Shown piece by piece: positions 39,245-52,460 of a stretch of DNA of 64,000 nucleotides. The DNA lies in NCBI RefSeq assembly GCF_988243305.1, contig NZ_OZ547136.1. One strand, written 5' to 3'. The position numbers and the translations under genes were made by a program. Below the pieces are notes generated by a model. That model did no database searches. It was not told the DNA's origin and saw only the letters and a program-made list of their open reading frames with translations. Each line of letters opens with the position of its first letter. Positions within the stretch are counted from its first letter, which is position 1.

Positions 39245-39601
39245 ATGCAGTGGTATTTAGCCGTATTAAAAAATTATGTTGGTTTCTCTGGTCGCGCACG
39301 TCGTAAAGAGTACTGGATGTTTACTCTGATTAACGCCATCGTCGGCGCTATTATCAATGTCATTCAATTGATTTTAGGTTTAGAGTTTCCATTCCTTTCT
39401 CTCATTTACCTGGCAGCAACAATCATTCCGGTCATTGCTCTGTGCGTTCGTCGTCTGCACGATACTGACCGTTCAGGTGCGTGGGCGCTTCTCTATCTGG
39501 TACCGGTCATTGGCTGGTTAGTTCTGTTTGTATTTGCCTGTTTAGAAGGTACTTCTGGCAGCAATCGTTACGGAAACGATCCGAAGTTTGGTTCAAATTA
39601 A
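39245..39601 (+). CDS. yhaI: DUF805 inner membrane protein, paralog of yhaH
   Basis: 118-aa ORF MQWYLAVLKNYVGFSGRARRKEYWMF... sharing N-terminal and RRLHDTDRS motifs with yhaH. Confidence 0.85.
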   Translation: MQWYLAVLKNYVGFSGRARRKEYWMFTLINAIVGAIINVIQLILGLEFPFLSLIYLAATIIPVIALCVRRLHDTDRSGAWALLYLVPVIGWLVLFVFACLEGTSGSNRYGNDPKFGSN

Positions 39602-39651
39602 TATTAAAATTGGGGCGATATTTCGCCCCTTTTTATTAACAATAACAAATA

Positions 39652-40548
39652 TTATTTTCCGCTAAAAAGTTTGGGAATTTCCCGCAGACACCAGGATTTC
39701 GCTTCCCCCATACTGTCACGACGCCAGGCCATAATAATATCGATCTCGCTGGTCGATTCTGGGCTGACGACACGCAACCGCCCTTCCGCAATATCTTTTT
39801 CGACCATCGGATACGGCATCGTCGCCACGCCAAGCCCCGCCAGTAATGCCTGACGTTTATCTTCAATCGTGCTCACCGTTAAGCGCGGCTGTTTGTCCAG
39901 CAGCTGTACGGTCAACACCGGGCGCTCACGAGCGGTATCTGCCACCGCAATACCACGATATTTCACGCGCGTCACTTCAGATAACGGTTCCGGCTCCTGA
40001 TGAATCGGGTGATCAGGCGCGGCAACGTAGACGTTCATTAACGTATAGAGCTTGCGCGAGTTGATCTCCGACGAGGAACGAAAATGCATATCCGGCGCGA
40101 TAACAATATCCGCCCGCCCCTGCTCCAGCCGTTCCCACGCCCCTGCCAGCACTTCGGTGATGATTGCCAGTTGGGTATTGGCTTTTGCCGCCAGTTTGTC
40201 GATTAACGGGAAAAAGGCAGGTGTCGGTACCAGCGCCTCGGTCACAATGGTGAGATGCGTTTCCCAACCGCGCGCGAGGGCTTCCGCATCGGTAGTCAGT
40301 TTATCTGCGGCTTCCAGCAAAACGCGCCCTCGCTCCAGCAACATCCTCCCGACATTAGTGAATTTGGTGCGATGGCCCGAGCGGTCAAACAGCACCACAT
40401 CCAGCTCTTCTTCCAGTTTTTGCATGGTGTAGCTAAGTGCGGAAGGCACGCGTCCCAGCTCATCCGCCGCCGCCGCAAAACTGCCCCGGCGATCGATCGC
40501 ATCCATAACCCGTAGTGCTTCCAGCGTTAATGCCCTTTCTTTGGCCAT
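39652..40548 (-). CDS. yhaJ: LysR-family transcriptional regulator
   Basis: 298-aa ORF with N-terminal HTH, divergent from yhaK. Confidence 0.9.
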   Translation of the reverse strand: MAKERALTLEALRVMDAIDRRGSFAAAADELGRVPSALSYTMQKLEEELDVVLFDRSGHRTKFTNVGRMLLERGRVLLEAADKLTTDAEALARGWETHLTIVTEALVPTPAFFPLIDKLAAKANTQLAIITEVLAGAWERLEQGRADIVIAPDMHFRSSSEINSRKLYTLMNVYVAAPDHPIHQEPEPLSEVTRVKYRGIAVADTARERPVLTVQLLDKQPRLTVSTIEDKRQALLAGLGVATMPYPMVEKDIAEGRLRVVSPESTSEIDIIMAWRRDSMGEAKSWCLREIPKLFSGK

Positions 40549-40652
40549 TTCGTTCTCATTCAGGAAATTTGAACATACCGGGCAGAATATCTGGCTAACA
40601 ATGTAGCGTCCAGCCCCTTACCATAAAAGGAAGTAAAGAGAGGTCAAGAATT

Positions 40653-41354
40653 ATGATTACTACCCGAACTGCCAGGCAGTGTGGACAAGCAGACTACGGA
40701 TGGTTGCAGGCCCGGTATACTTTTTCCTTTGGACACTACTTCGACCCGAAATTGTTAGGCTATGCCTCCCTGCGCGTGCTTAACCAGGAAGTGCTGGCCC
40801 CAGGTGCCGCCTTTCAGCCGCGAACCTATCCCAAAGTCGATATTTTAAATGTGATTCTGGATGGAGAAGCAGAGTATCGCGACAGCGAAGGCAATCATGT
40901 TCAGGCCAGCTCCGGTGAGGCGTTGCTGCTCTCTACCCAGCCGGGTGTCAGCTATAGCGAACACAATCTCAGCAAAGACAAACCGTTAACGCGAATGCAG
41001 CTTTGGCTGGATGCCTGCCCGCAGCGAGAGAATCCGCTGATTCAAAAGCTGGCGCTTAATATGGACAAGCAGCAATTAATCGCCTCGCCAGAGGGTGCGA
41101 TGGGAAGCCTGCAATTACGCCAACAAGTGTGGCTGCACCATATCGTGCTCGACAAAGGCGAAAGTGCGAATTTCCAGTTGCATGGGCCACGCGCGTATTT
41201 GCAATCGATTCACGGGAAATTTCATGCGCTTACGCATCATGAAGAGAAAGCGGCGCTAACCTGCGGTGATGGGGCGTTTATTCGTGACGAGGCTAACATT
41301 ACGCTGGTTGCCGATTCCCCACTGCGCGCTTTGCTGATAGATTTGCCTGTCTAG
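40653..41354 (+). CDS. yhaK: pirin-like bicupin protein
   Basis: 233-aa ORF matching K-12 YhaK. Confidence 0.9.
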   Translation: MITTRTARQCGQADYGWLQARYTFSFGHYFDPKLLGYASLRVLNQEVLAPGAAFQPRTYPKVDILNVILDGEAEYRDSEGNHVQASSGEALLLSTQPGVSYSEHNLSKDKPLTRMQLWLDACPQRENPLIQKLALNMDKQQLIASPEGAMGSLQLRQQVWLHHIVLDKGESANFQLHGPRAYLQSIHGKFHALTHHEEKAALTCGDGAFIRDEANITLVADSPLRALLIDLPV

Positions 41355-41376
41355 TTGTTTTTACAGGGAGATGATG

Positions 41377-41541
41377 ATGAGTAAAAAATCGGCCAAAAAG
41401 CGTCAGCCAGTGAAGCCCGTGGTGGCGAAAGAACCTGCTCGCACCGCCAATAATTTTGGCTATGAAGAGATGTTGAGCGAGCTGGAAGCCATCGTCGCGG
41501 ATGCTGAAACGCGTTTAGCCGAGGATGAAGCTACCGCGTAA
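41377..41541 (+). CDS. yhaL: small protein YhaL
   Basis: 54-aa ORF MSKKSAKKRQPVKPVVAKEPARTANNFGYEEMLSELEAIVADAETRLAEDEATA read directly from sequence (below the track threshold). Confidence 0.7.
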   Translation: MSKKSAKKRQPVKPVVAKEPARTANNFGYEEMLSELEAIVADAETRLAEDEATA

Positions 41542-41544
41542 AGA

Positions 41545-41660
<116 letters not shown>

Positions 41661-41673
41661 CAAAACCTGGCGT

Positions 41674-42984
41674 TTATCTGGCCTTGCTCGCCATAATCTC
41701 GATAATCTGCCGATCCGTTTGCTGCATCGAATGGCTTGCTAACGCACACAGGTTGGCAATCGACTGCTCAACATCATGCGCCACAATCCCTTCATTGCCG
41801 GTCACGGCGGTATCATCCAGCGCCATTAACACCGCTTTCCACGCAGCCGAAGCACTGGTCGAAACCTTCATCGCGCAGCTGTTCGACGCACCATCGCAAA
41901 TCATGCCGCTGACATCGCCGATCATACTGCTGATCGCCATCGAAATGGTTTCATAACGCCCATCCACCAGCCATGCCATCCCGGCGGCGGCCCCCATTGC
42001 TGCGGTCGTTGCGGCACAAAGCGCAGACAAACGCGGTAACTGGTTATGGATGTAAATCGCGCTCAAATGCGAAAGCATCAGCGCACGCGCCAGCCGTTCA
42101 TCATCCGCTCCGAAGTGTTCTGCTACCACCACCACAGGCATTGTTGCGGTGATCCCTTGGTTACCCGAGCCGGAGTTACTCATTGCCGGAAGCGTAGCGC
42201 CGCCCATACGCGCATCGGATGCCGCGCTGGTACGAATCACAATGGATGAAGAGAGATCTTTCGCCAGCAAACCGCGCGCGCACTGTTTTTCCAGCGTCGC
42301 ACCAATATGCAGCCCCCAGTTACCGCTCAAACCTTCCTGCGATAACGCACAATTTAACTTCGCAGAATCGAGAATAAAGCGGATCGCCGCAAACGGGACT
42401 TCATTGACGAACTTCAGGATCTCAGCCAGCGTCGTCCTGGAAAGCACCGTCAGCGGCGACTCTTGCTCGCCCTCTGTCACACACGCCTGCTGGGTAAACA
42501 CCACACCATTGTGCGTCTCAATATGCACAATGTTGGTATGCCCGCCGACAATGGTGACACACGCCCACTTCTCACCGTTCCAGACTTTGGCGCGTGAGAA
42601 GAGGATTTCATCGCAAGGTTCCTGGATCTTAACTGAGACTTTCCCCGCCGCCAGCAGTGCTTTGGCATCGGCAATTGCCTGCGCAGTTGCATCTTTCAGC
42701 ACTTCCAGCCCGGCGTTAGCATTTCCACCTAACGCTCCCAGCGCCGCCGCAATCGGCAGCCCCACCATTCCCGTGCCGGGAACGGTGACGCCCAGACCGT
42801 TCTTCATCAGATTTGGCGAAACCCAGGCTTCTACACGTTCAACCGGACCTTCCAGTTCAGCCGCAGCAACCGCCGCTGCCAGCGCCAGTGAAATCGGTTC
42901 AGTACACCCCAGCGCCGGTTTTACCTCCTCCTGAACGGCGAGGATGTAACGCTGCCATAACGGATTTAAAGTCGAATCAAACAT
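41674..42984 (-). CDS. cyuA: L-cysteine desulfidase (UPF0597 / YhaM)
   Basis: 436-aa ORF matching K-12 YhaM/CyuA. Confidence 0.9.
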   Translation of the reverse strand: MFDSTLNPLWQRYILAVQEEVKPALGCTEPISLALAAAVAAAELEGPVERVEAWVSPNLMKNGLGVTVPGTGMVGLPIAAALGALGGNANAGLEVLKDATAQAIADAKALLAAGKVSVKIQEPCDEILFSRAKVWNGEKWACVTIVGGHTNIVHIETHNGVVFTQQACVTEGEQESPLTVLSRTTLAEILKFVNEVPFAAIRFILDSAKLNCALSQEGLSGNWGLHIGATLEKQCARGLLAKDLSSSIVIRTSAASDARMGGATLPAMSNSGSGNQGITATMPVVVVAEHFGADDERLARALMLSHLSAIYIHNQLPRLSALCAATTAAMGAAAGMAWLVDGRYETISMAISSMIGDVSGMICDGASNSCAMKVSTSASAAWKAVLMALDDTAVTGNEGIVAHDVEQSIANLCALASHSMQQTDRQIIEIMASKAR

Positions 42985-43011
42985 ATTAAAAACCTTAAAA
43001 TTTCAGGTAAA

Positions 43012-44343
43012 TCAAGAAAATGCCAGGAACGGAGAAACACAAAGCAACAAACCAGTGACGATAATCAGGTACAGAGACATCCCTTTGTATTTGTGCAATG
43101 CCGGTACTTTGTAAACCAGCCACGCCGGGATCAGGCACCCTACCATGCCGAAAATCGGGCTACAGATAGAGGTGAAGCTCAACACCGGGGCGTTCAGTAC
43201 GATGGCGCTCCAGGCCAGCAAAATGGCGAAAATCATGATGCCGCGCTGAACGAGATTTTCGTTAATCTTCTCGGCAGGTATCTTGCGACGCAGGATGTTC
43301 ATTACGATCCCTTGCGTTGCTTCGCGAAAGCCTAAATAGACGCCAAAGAATGCAGTCATTACAGCAAAGATATTGAGAATGACGCTGACCACTTTCACCC
43401 ACGCTGCGCCGTCACCGCTAATAAACTGTGCGGCAATCGCCAACGCGGAAATATTCTGCTCGTAGGCTTTTACCGCTTCGTCATGTCCCATCGCCAGCGT
43501 GAACGACACGGCGTAGAAAAAGACGGTGACAAACAAAATGCCAAACGCGATATTCATTGCCCGCAATGCTTTATGCCGCGCCACTTCAATTGATTTTTCC
43601 CGCGAGCGATAAGAGATCACCATCGGGCTTAACGTCTGGATAAACAGAATCGACGTCAGGGTAAACGGCAGCGTAATAATGGCGTTTTTCACCAGCAGCC
43701 CCAGCGGCGGTAGCGAACCGACGTTATACAGATGCCACATTCCCACCATCGACACGCCCAGCGCCGCGACCACCAGCAGCTTGGTCAGCACCATGCCCGT
43801 CGAAATTTTGAATAACAATTTCTCGCCGCGTGAGGAGATCGCCACCAGAATGCAAATCAGTACCAGACCATAAAAGGGACTGTCTGACAGCAACCCTTCC
43901 GTCACGCCGAAGGTATGCAGGTAGGAAGCACTATCGTTGGTGATGGCGGTGGAATAGACGAACATCCAAATCACCAGCATTACGAAATAGAGTGCACCTA
44001 ACAGGATGCCCCAGTTTTTACCTAAATAGCCGCTAATGACGCTCGGGTAATCTTTACATTCTGGTGATTCTGCCAGCGTATTAATAAACAACCGCTGAAA
44101 CAGATACATTGCCGGGTAACCAATCACCGATGAGAGCAAAAATACCCACAATCCCATCAAACCGACCTGCACCGGGAGAAAAACAATCCCCGCGCCAATC
44201 GCCATCCCGATACTCATAATCACCCAGCCGGTGTCAGTACTGTCGAATTTGATCGCTTCTCGCCACTCGCTCTCACTCATTCCAGCACGACCCGCCGGGG
44301 TCGAAGCGTCTGCAATGACGCCTTTATTCGATGCAATTTCCAT
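43012..44343 (-). CDS. cyuP: cysteine/serine transporter (HAAAP family; YhaO)
   Basis: 443-aa polytopic ORF matching K-12 YhaO. Confidence 0.9.
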   Translation of the reverse strand: MEIASNKGVIADASTPAGRAGMSESEWREAIKFDSTDTGWVIMSIGMAIGAGIVFLPVQVGLMGLWVFLLSSVIGYPAMYLFQRLFINTLAESPECKDYPSVISGYLGKNWGILLGALYFVMLVIWMFVYSTAITNDSASYLHTFGVTEGLLSDSPFYGLVLICILVAISSRGEKLLFKISTGMVLTKLLVVAALGVSMVGMWHLYNVGSLPPLGLLVKNAIITLPFTLTSILFIQTLSPMVISYRSREKSIEVARHKALRAMNIAFGILFVTVFFYAVSFTLAMGHDEAVKAYEQNISALAIAAQFISGDGAAWVKVVSVILNIFAVMTAFFGVYLGFREATQGIVMNILRRKIPAEKINENLVQRGIMIFAILLAWSAIVLNAPVLSFTSICSPIFGMVGCLIPAWLVYKVPALHKYKGMSLYLIIVTGLLLCVSPFLAFS

Positions 44344-44618
44344 AATTTCTCGCTCAATATTTTGTAGGGCTTATTATTTTTTTCCGAGCCGCATCAAGGC
44401 GATATGCGGTCTACGTTTTTGCAGGCGAGTTATTAGAATAAAGAAATGATACGCGCGAGGTCAGAGAAAATCTTCACAATCAAGACTTTGAAATAACGGA
44501 GATGGATAAGAATTTTCTACTAAATTAATCGCAAGAGAATATTCATTCTCTATTTGCGGCAGATCACAAAAAAAAAGGTGCACATTTGTGCACCCAATGA
44601 TGAAAGCTGACAGTAATG

Positions 44619-45983
44619 TCAGCCGCAGACCACTTTAATGGCCAGTCCTCCGCGTGATGTTTCGCGGTATTTATCGTTCATATCTTTGCCGGTTTCATAC
44701 ATCGTCTCGATCACTTTATCGAGTGAAACACGCGGTGCCGAGGTGCGGCGCATCGCCATCCGTGCGGCATTTACTGCTTTCACGGCATTAATGGCATTAC
44801 GTTCAATGCACGGGATTTGTACCTGTCCGGCAACCGGATCGCAGGTCAGCCCAAGGTTATGCTCCATCGCGATTTCCGCCGCATTGCACACCTGCGCCGG
44901 ACTGCCGCCCAGGAGTTCAGTTAACCCTGCCGCCGCCATTGAACAGGCCACGCCAATCTCCCCCTGACAGCCGACTTCCGCGCCAGAGATGGAGGCGTTC
45001 ATTTTATACAGCGCGCCAATAGCCCCCGCTGCCAGAAAATAGCGGGCAATTGACCGCTCGTTTACCGGACGACGGAACTTATCGTAATAAGCCAGCACTG
45101 CCGGAATAATGCCGCACGCACCGTTAGTCGGTGCCGTTACCACACGCCCGCCAGCTGCGTTTTCTTCACTAACCGCCAGCGCGTACATATTGATCCAGTC
45201 GATGACATTCATCGGATCGTTAGAGATGTTATCGCTGGAAACCAGCTGACGACGCAGCGCTACGGCACGACGCGGCACATTGAGCGGACCAGGCAGCACG
45301 CCTTCAGTGTTCATCCCGCGTTCAATACCGTCATGCATCACTTGCCAGATACGGGCAAACCCTGCGTCAATTTCCGCTTTGCTGCGCAGCGCCAGCTCGT
45401 TGTGCATCATCAGACCAGATATAGACAGGCCGTTGTAATCACACATTTTCAGCAGTTCACCTGCTGAGTGGAAATCGTAAGGTACGGACGTTTCGACATC
45501 GTGCGACAGGCCGAAGTGTTCTTCTTCGACAATAAACCCGCCGCCGACAGAGTAATAGGTTTTACTTAATAGCGCTTCCTGTCCCTTCCAGGCAGTGATC
45601 CGCATTCCGTTCTCATGGCGAGGCAACATTTCGGGATGGAAGATAATGTTTTTTGCTACAGGAAAATCAACAATATGCGCACCAGATGCCACTGGCAGCC
45701 GCCCGCTGCGCGTTACTAACTCTATAAATGCAGGGATCTCATCAATGACAACATCCTGCGGACTATTTCCTGCCAGTCCCATGATGATGGCGACATCCGT
45801 GGCATGGCCTTTGCCCGTCAGTGACAACGACCCGTACAGATCGACCACAATATGGCTCGTCGCGGTTAATAAGCCGCTACTTTCCAGCCGATCAATAAAA
45901 CTTTTTCCGGCATTCATTGGCCCCACGGTATGCGAACTGGAGGGACCAATCCCAATTTTGAAAATATCGAATGCACTAATCAT
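44619..45983 (-). CDS. tdcG: L-serine dehydratase 3 (Fe-S)
   Basis: 454-aa product from third codon of track ORF ([19 protein letters not shown]...). Confidence 0.9.
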   Translation of the reverse strand: MISAFDIFKIGIGPSSSHTVGPMNAGKSFIDRLESSGLLTATSHIVVDLYGSLSLTGKGHATDVAIIMGLAGNSPQDVVIDEIPAFIELVTRSGRLPVASGAHIVDFPVAKNIIFHPEMLPRHENGMRITAWKGQEALLSKTYYSVGGGFIVEEEHFGLSHDVETSVPYDFHSAGELLKMCDYNGLSISGLMMHNELALRSKAEIDAGFARIWQVMHDGIERGMNTEGVLPGPLNVPRRAVALRRQLVSSDNISNDPMNVIDWINMYALAVSEENAAGGRVVTAPTNGACGIIPAVLAYYDKFRRPVNERSIARYFLAAGAIGALYKMNASISGAEVGCQGEIGVACSMAAAGLTELLGGSPAQVCNAAEIAMEHNLGLTCDPVAGQVQIPCIERNAINAVKAVNAARMAMRRTSAPRVSLDKVIETMYETGKDMNDKYRETSRGGLAIKVVCG

Positions 45984-46054
45984 ATCCACACCCTCGGATT
46001 GCCGTTCAGTGAAGTGGAGCGGAACGACCTTGCGACCGTCCCGCTCACGAGGCT

Positions 46055-46444
46055 TTACGCACTACGTACTGCGATGGCTTCAATTTCCAGCTTCACATCT
46101 TTCGGCAAACGCGCGACCTGTACACAGCTCCGGGTCGGGTAGGTCGCCTGATGCTCATCGAAGAACTGCTTATAGACTTCGTTGATGGTGGCAAAATCAT
46201 TCAGATCGGTGATGAACACGGTCATCTTGATGATATCGCCCACGCTCAGCCCGGCAGCAACCACGATCGCTTTGACGTTTTCGAGGCTTAAACGCGCCTG
46301 ATCTTGCACATCAGCCGGGATCTCACCGGTCTGTGGGCAAACCGGAATTTGACCGGAGGTGAAGACCATGCTGCCTAAATCAACGCCCTGAACATAAGGG
46401 CCGATTGCGTCTGGGGCACGTTGCGTTTCGATAATCTTTTTCAT
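46055..46444 (-). CDS. tdcF: RidA-family enamine/imine deaminase
   Basis: 129-aa product from ATG at 46444 (MKKIIETQRAPDAIGPY...). Confidence 0.9.
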   Translation of the reverse strand: MKKIIETQRAPDAIGPYVQGVDLGSMVFTSGQIPVCPQTGEIPADVQDQARLSLENVKAIVVAAGLSVGDIIKMTVFITDLNDFATINEVYKQFFDEHQATYPTRSCVQVARLPKDVKLEIEAIAVRSA

Positions 46445-46457
46445 ACATCCTCCGGCG

Positions 46458-48752
46458 TCAGAGCGCCTGGGTAAAGGTACGTGAAATAACATCCTGCTGC
46501 TGTTCACGGGTCAGTGCGTTGAAGCGCACGGCGTAGCCAGAGACACGGATTGTCAGGTTAGGATATTTTTCCGGGTGCTCGATGGCATCCAGCAGCATTT
46601 CCCGATTCATTACGTTGACGTTGAGGTGTTGACCGCCTTCGACATCCGCTTCGTGGTGGAAATACCCATCCAGCAGGCCGACAAGGTTGGTTTTACGTAC
46701 TGGATCTTCTTTGCCCAGCGCCGCAGGCACGATCGAGAAGGTGTACGAGATCCCGTCTTTGGCGTAGGTGAACGGCAGTTTCGCCACCGACGTCAATGAG
46801 GCCACGGCACCTTTGCGGTCACGACCGTGCATCGGGTTAGCGCCCGGTGCGAACGGTGTACCCGCACGACGACCGTCTGGCGTGTTACCGGTTTTCTGGC
46901 CGTACACCACGTTAGAAGTGATAGTCAGAATCGACTGGGTAGGGACGGCGTTGCGATAGGTTGGCAGCGCTTTAATTTTCTTCATAAAGCGTTCAACCAG
47001 GTCGCAGGCAATACTGTCTACGCGCTCGTCGTTGTTGCCGTACTGCGGATATTCACCGTCGATTTCGAAATCCACCGCCAGGCCGTTTTCGTCACGGATT
47101 GGTTTCACGCGGGCATATTTGATAGCAGACAGGGAGTCCGTCGCCACCGACAGGCCCGCGATGCCGCACGCCATGGTGCGATAGACATCACGATCGTGTA
47201 GCGCCATCAGCGAAGCTTCGTAGCTGTACTTGTCGTGCATGTAGTGAATGATATTCAGCGCGCTGATGTACTGCACCGCCAGCCAGTCCATGAAGTGATC
47301 GAGACTGTCCATCACTTTGTCGTAATCCAGCACGTCGTCCATCAGCGGTGCCGTTTTCGGACCGACCTGAATCTTCAGCTTCTCATCCACCCCGCCGTTA
47401 ATTGCGTACAGCAGCGTTTTCGCCAGGTTAGCGCGTGCACCAAAGAACTGCATTTGCTTACCAATCACCATTGGGCTGACGCAGCAGGCAATCGCGTAAT
47501 CGTCGCTGTTGAAGTCAGTACGCATCAGATCGTCGTTTTCATACTGCAAGGAAGAGGTGACGATCGACACCTGCGCGGCATATTTTTTGAAGGCAATCGG
47601 TAATTCTTCCGACCAAAGAATGGTCAGGTTAGGTTCCGGTGCCGGCCCCATAGTGTGCAGGGTGTGCAAATAGCGGAAGGAGTTTTTGGTCACCAGCGTA
47701 CGACCGTCCAGCCCCATCCCGCCGATCACTTCCGTCGCCCAGATTGGGTCGCCGGAGAACAGCGAATCAAATTCCGGTGTACGCAGGAAGCGTACCATAC
47801 GGATCTTCATGATGAAGTGATCGATCAGTTCCTGTGCCTGCTGCTCATTGAGTACGCCAGCTTTAAAGTCGCGCTCAATGTAGATATCGAGGAACGATGC
47901 CGTGCGCCCCAGCGACATCGCGCCGCCATTTTGCGATTTCACTGCCGCCAGATAAGCGAAGTAGAGCCACTGCACCGCTTCCTGTGCATTCTGCGCCGGG
48001 CGAGAGATATCAAAGCCATATTTCGCCGCCATTTCCTGAATCTGCAAAAGCGCATGACGATGCTCTGCCAGCTCCTCACGCAGACGGATAGTGGCTTCCA
48101 GATCCTCGCCTTTTTCCAGACGAGACTGGAGATCGGCAAATTGCAGTTCGCGTTCACGCACCAGATAACTGATGCCATACAGCGCTACGCGGCGATAGTC
48201 ACCGATAATGCGCCCACGACCATAGCCATCTGGTAAACCGGTCAGCACGCCAGATTTACGGCAGCGCAGCATATCCGGTGAGTAAACATCAAATACGCCC
48301 TGGTTATGGGTTTTACGCAGATCGGTAAACAGATATTCAAATTCACTGTCCATTTCACGACCATAGGCGTGGAATGAACTTTTAATCATATTAATGCCAC
48401 CGAACGGGTGTAACGCACGTTTCAACGGCGCATCCGTTTGCAGGCCAACAATTTTTTCCAGCGGCTGGTTAATATATCCCGCATCATGAGCGGTAATGGT
48501 GGTAGCAATATTGGTATCGAAATCAACCGGCGCGTGGGTTGCGTTTTCAATACGAATGCCTTCCATCACCTTTTCCCACAATTCCGTGGTGGCTGGCGTC
48601 GCTTCAGCGAGGAAAGATTCATCGCCTTCATACGGTGTATAGTTATGTTGAATAAAATCGCGGACATTAATTTCGTTTTTCCAGTCCGTACCTTTAAAGC
48701 CAAGCCATGCGTCGGCGTACAGCTTATCGCTGGTATCAATATCTACCTTCAT
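46458..48752 (-). CDS. tdcE: 2-ketobutyrate formate-lyase / pyruvate formate-lyase (glycyl radical enzyme)
   Basis: 764-aa ORF with C-terminal glycyl-radical motif (RVSGYAV). Confidence 0.95.
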   Translation of the reverse strand: MKVDIDTSDKLYADAWLGFKGTDWKNEINVRDFIQHNYTPYEGDESFLAEATPATTELWEKVMEGIRIENATHAPVDFDTNIATTITAHDAGYINQPLEKIVGLQTDAPLKRALHPFGGINMIKSSFHAYGREMDSEFEYLFTDLRKTHNQGVFDVYSPDMLRCRKSGVLTGLPDGYGRGRIIGDYRRVALYGISYLVRERELQFADLQSRLEKGEDLEATIRLREELAEHRHALLQIQEMAAKYGFDISRPAQNAQEAVQWLYFAYLAAVKSQNGGAMSLGRTASFLDIYIERDFKAGVLNEQQAQELIDHFIMKIRMVRFLRTPEFDSLFSGDPIWATEVIGGMGLDGRTLVTKNSFRYLHTLHTMGPAPEPNLTILWSEELPIAFKKYAAQVSIVTSSLQYENDDLMRTDFNSDDYAIACCVSPMVIGKQMQFFGARANLAKTLLYAINGGVDEKLKIQVGPKTAPLMDDVLDYDKVMDSLDHFMDWLAVQYISALNIIHYMHDKYSYEASLMALHDRDVYRTMACGIAGLSVATDSLSAIKYARVKPIRDENGLAVDFEIDGEYPQYGNNDERVDSIACDLVERFMKKIKALPTYRNAVPTQSILTITSNVVYGQKTGNTPDGRRAGTPFAPGANPMHGRDRKGAVASLTSVAKLPFTYAKDGISYTFSIVPAALGKEDPVRKTNLVGLLDGYFHHEADVEGGQHLNVNVMNREMLLDAIEHPEKYPNLTIRVSGYAVRFNALTREQQQDVISRTFTQAL

Positions 48753-48785
48753 GAAAAATAATCTCTCTACAATACTTCAACTAAA

Positions 48786-49994
48786 TTATGCAAATTCTGC
48801 GGGCGCGTTCACTTTGCCTAAATGAATGGCATCCAAAGCAATCATTTTTTCTTCGTTGGTTGGGATAACGGCGCAAATGACACGCGCATTTTCACTGGAA
48901 ACAATTCGCTCTCCACAGGAGTTAGAGCGATTATTCATTTCTGTATCAATCTCTACGCCTAATACAGCCAAATGTTCCATGACCAGACGACGAATTAAAC
49001 TTGAATTCTCTCCTATTCCGCCGGTGAATATAATTCCATCCAGGCGACGTAATGAGGCTGCGTGTCCGGCAATATGACGGGCAATTCGGTGAACAAAGGT
49101 TTTAATTGCCAGTTGCGCGCGTTCGTGACCTTCATGCCAGGCTTTTTCCAGAACACGTAAATCCGAAGAAAGACCGGAAATACCTAATAATCCCGACTCT
49201 TTATTCACTACGCGTTCCAGGTCACCCAGGCTCTGGTTGGTTTGGCTGGCGACCCAGGACATCGCACCAAAGTCGACATCACCACTGCGGGTACCCATCA
49301 TCAAGCCTTCCAGCGGCGTCATTCCCATTGAAGTGTCAACACTCTGACCGTTGCGAACTGCGCAGATTGACGCGCCATTGCCAAGATGCGCCACAACCAG
49401 GCCGGAGTCATCTCCCGCCAGATTCAGCAAAGAATGTGCGCGCTGGGAAACATAGCGGTGCGACGTGCCGTGGAAACCATAACGGCGTACACCTAACTCT
49501 TCATAATATTTCCACGGCAGGCCGTATAAATAAGCTTCCGGAGCCATCGTCTGGTGGAAACTGGTATCAAATACCGCCACCTGAGTTACGCCAGGAAATA
49601 ATTGCTGCGCCGATTCAATACCACTTAAATTGGCGTAATTATGCAGGGGTGCCAGTGGAGAAACGCGACGGATATTATCAATGACTTCATCGGTAATAAT
49701 GGCGGACTCGGTAAAAATACTGCCGCCGTGAGCGATGCGGTGGCCAATTAAGGCCACACTGTCATTTAAATTCCGTTTTTCCAGTTCAAATGCAATTGCC
49801 TTCAATGCACCTTCGTAGCTGTGGTGAGCCAGCGGTGCTGGCTCTCCCCCATTTACGGATAAGAATGCATTTTCCGAGTTAATACCGTCGGCAATACCTG
49901 ACATTAATACTTCACAGTCGCTGGCGTCGAGTACGGAAAACTTAATCGAAGACGAACCACAGTTAATAACCAAAACAACCGGAAATTCATTCAT
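48786..49994 (-). CDS. tdcD: propionate kinase
   Basis: 402-aa product from ATG at 49994 ([19 protein letters not shown]...). Confidence 0.9.
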   Translation of the reverse strand: MNEFPVVLVINCGSSSIKFSVLDASDCEVLMSGIADGINSENAFLSVNGGEPAPLAHHSYEGALKAIAFELEKRNLNDSVALIGHRIAHGGSIFTESAIITDEVIDNIRRVSPLAPLHNYANLSGIESAQQLFPGVTQVAVFDTSFHQTMAPEAYLYGLPWKYYEELGVRRYGFHGTSHRYVSQRAHSLLNLAGDDSGLVVAHLGNGASICAVRNGQSVDTSMGMTPLEGLMMGTRSGDVDFGAMSWVASQTNQSLGDLERVVNKESGLLGISGLSSDLRVLEKAWHEGHERAQLAIKTFVHRIARHIAGHAASLRRLDGIIFTGGIGENSSLIRRLVMEHLAVLGVEIDTEMNNRSNSCGERIVSSENARVICAVIPTNEEKMIALDAIHLGKVNAPAEFA

Positions 49995-50019
49995 CTCTTT
50001 TCTCATCCTGAGTTACGGA

Positions 50020-51354
<1,335 letters not shown>

Positions 51355-51372
51355 CTATCCTCAACGAATTAA

Positions 51373-52362
51373 TTAAGCGTCAACGAAACCGGTGATTTGA
51401 GAGACGCGAGAAAGATCGATATTGCCGCCGGAAATAATACTGACGGTTTTTCTGTTTTGAATATATTGGTCTAATTTACCGCTTAATAATGCAGCACATG
51501 CCAGAGCGCCTGCGCCTTCGGTGACGACTTTATTGCGCTGAATTAAGGCAATCATACTGTTTCTGATTTCATCTTCGCTGACCAGCACGATGTCATCGAC
51601 TAATTCACGAACGATTTCGTAAGTTAAATTACCCGGGCGGGAGACATCACAACCATCCGCCAGGGTGCCGGTAGTTCGGTGCGTGGTTATTTCTCCGGAG
51701 TGGAAAGAAGCCGCCATGCCGTGAACGTTTTCTGACTGTACGCCAATAACACGAATGGTCGGGTTAATAGATTTTATTGCCACCGCAATACCAGCAATTA
51801 AACCGCCACCACCAATTGGCACAATCACGTTATCGACATCATAGAGATCTTCCATAATTTCCAGACCAATCGTTCCCTGGCCAGCAATCACTTTCGGATC
51901 ATCGTAAGGTGGGATAAAAATACGGCCTTCCATTTCGACAATTTCGCTCACTTTAGCGATAGTGTCGTTGAAGTTATCACCATGCAGAACGACTTCTGCG
52001 GAGTAGTCGCACGTTGCCGCTACTTTGGATTTCGGCGCGCCTTTTGGCATCACCACTTTACCGTCGATACCCAGCATCGCGCAGGAGAGCGAAACCCCTT
52101 GCGCATGGTTGCCCGCAGAGCAGGCCACTACACCTTTACGTTTTTCCGCATCGGTCAGTGAACTTAATTTATTAAATGCGCCACGAATTTTAAATGAACC
52201 GGTACGCTGCATGTTTTCGAATTTGAGGAATATTTCACCTTTGCAACGTTCACTAAAATAGTTGGAGCGAGGCATGCCTGTTTTATAAATTCGCCCAGCC
52301 AGTCGTTGTTTAGCTTCAATGATGTCATCAATAGCAACCGGGAGATCGTATGTAATATGCAT
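51373..52362 (-). CDS. tdcB: catabolic threonine dehydratase (PLP)
   Basis: 329-aa ORF with PLP-lysine motif (SFKIRGA). Confidence 0.95.
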
Positions 52363-52460
52363 TATAAAACCTCTTAGCCTGAATTAAATATGTAGGTAAC
52401 CGTAACCGACACCTGCAAAACAGACAGGTGGATTATTTATGTTTAAATAAAAACAAATAA

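Noticed and set aside
42149-42934. 261-aa plus-strand ORF antisense to cyuA, and similar long antisense ORFs in uxaC (29890-30714) and tdcE (47655-48236)
   Set aside because: Each lies entirely within a well-supported gene on the opposite strand and has Ser/Ala/Arg-rich low-complexity translation.
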